Positions 7,320 through 7,852 of a DNA stretch of 7,852 nucleotides are shown here, in pieces (within the stretch, counting starts at the first letter, position 1; each line of letters starts with the position of its first letter). This DNA comes from Octopus sinensis (Eukaryota), in the NCBI RefSeq assembly GCF_006345805.1, contig NW_021828726.1:1-7852 (forward strand), in the 5' to 3' direction. A model generated the notes under the pieces. That model searched no databases and was not told where the DNA came from. It saw nothing but the letters and a program-made list of their open reading frames with translations. The position numbers and the translations under genes were made by a program.

Positions 7320-7560
7320 CTTATAGAAAGCAAGCAAATCAAAGATGGCGCCTCTGTTTCAGCCTTTAAGTAATTAACACGTTCAAATAGACATGTTGGA
7401 AAAGGCCAACAGCAAGCACAGACAAACCTCAGGAAACTGTCATATCTGATTGCTACAAACGTATCATTGACAATTGCTGTTCTATACCGCAGAGGATTGA
7501 ACCAAAGAATCAGCCAACCAGCCATCAAATAAATGGTTACGATTGTCAAATTCGACGTTT
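7320..7560. promoter_or_regulatory. High-complexity island between microsatellites; possible regulatory element or exon
   Basis: Contains overlapping ATCAAAG (TCF/LEF-like, 7338-7344), AAGATGGCG (YY1-like, 7342-7350) and TAATTA (homeodomain-like, 7371-7376), plus a minus-strand donor GAG|GTTTGT (intron would start 7427). Short motif matches only. Confidence 0.2.
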
Positions 7561-7694
7561 CGGTTTTCCTTTTTTTCTTTCTTCATTATCGGATTTTCAT
7601 TTTCTTTTCAATAAAGGATTTGTCATTGATTTACCATATTATCGTTGTGGTTGTTGTTGCTGTTGTTGAAGTTGTTGGTCTTCTTTCTTTTTAC

Positions 7695-7852
7695 CTTTTT
7701 TCTTCTCCTTCTACCTTATTCAGTTCTTCTTAGAATTATACTTCTTCTGTGTATTTCTTCTTCTTCTTCTTCTTCTCTCTGCATTTCTTCTTCTTCTTCT
7801 TTTCTTCTTCTTCTTCTTCTTCTTCTTCTTCTTCTTCTGCTTCTTCTTCTTC
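7695..7852. repeat. (TTC)n/(GAA)n tract, running off the window end
   Basis: Interrupted TTC repeats that become purer toward 7852. Confidence 0.95.

Noticed and set aside
7345-7375. ATGGCG start with a nearby donor (MAPLFQPL, A|GTAATT) as a plus-strand first coding exon
   Set aside because: Upstream sequence is 400 bp of microsatellite with no promoter or UTR evidence, and the peptide is too short to assess.
1-7852. CRISPR arrays, prokaryotic operons, rRNA/tRNA genes
   Set aside because: No repeat-spacer periodicity, gene-dense structure or structural RNA consensus anywhere; the window looks like eukaryotic non-coding DNA.

Overview
AT-rich, microsatellite-dense eukaryotic non-coding DNA (intron or intergenic). 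It is most likely from an octopus: I infer this from two copies of a SINE whose 3' region I recognise from memory as an abundant Octopus repeat, plus the compound-microsatellite landscape. No protein-coding gene is supported, and nearly all ORFs in the track are microsatellite or low-complexity artefacts. Well-supported content: (1) two diverged copies of one SINE in inverted orientation (~415-630 +, ~2256-2490 -); (2) a decayed RTE-clade LINE reverse-transcriptase fragment (~850-1345 +); (3) a 249-bp mariner-derived MITE (3805-4053) with ~90-bp inverted arms that retains the last 20 codons of a transposase; (4) many di-, tri- and tetranucleotide tracts; (5) a perfect 10-bp hairpin at 6693-6716. 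Some splice-site-like signals hint at a host transcript but are weak. I found no convincing evidence of a novel biological system. The best leads are the dsRNA-forming structures (MITE fold-back, inverted SINE pair), given that coleoids are heavy ADAR editors.
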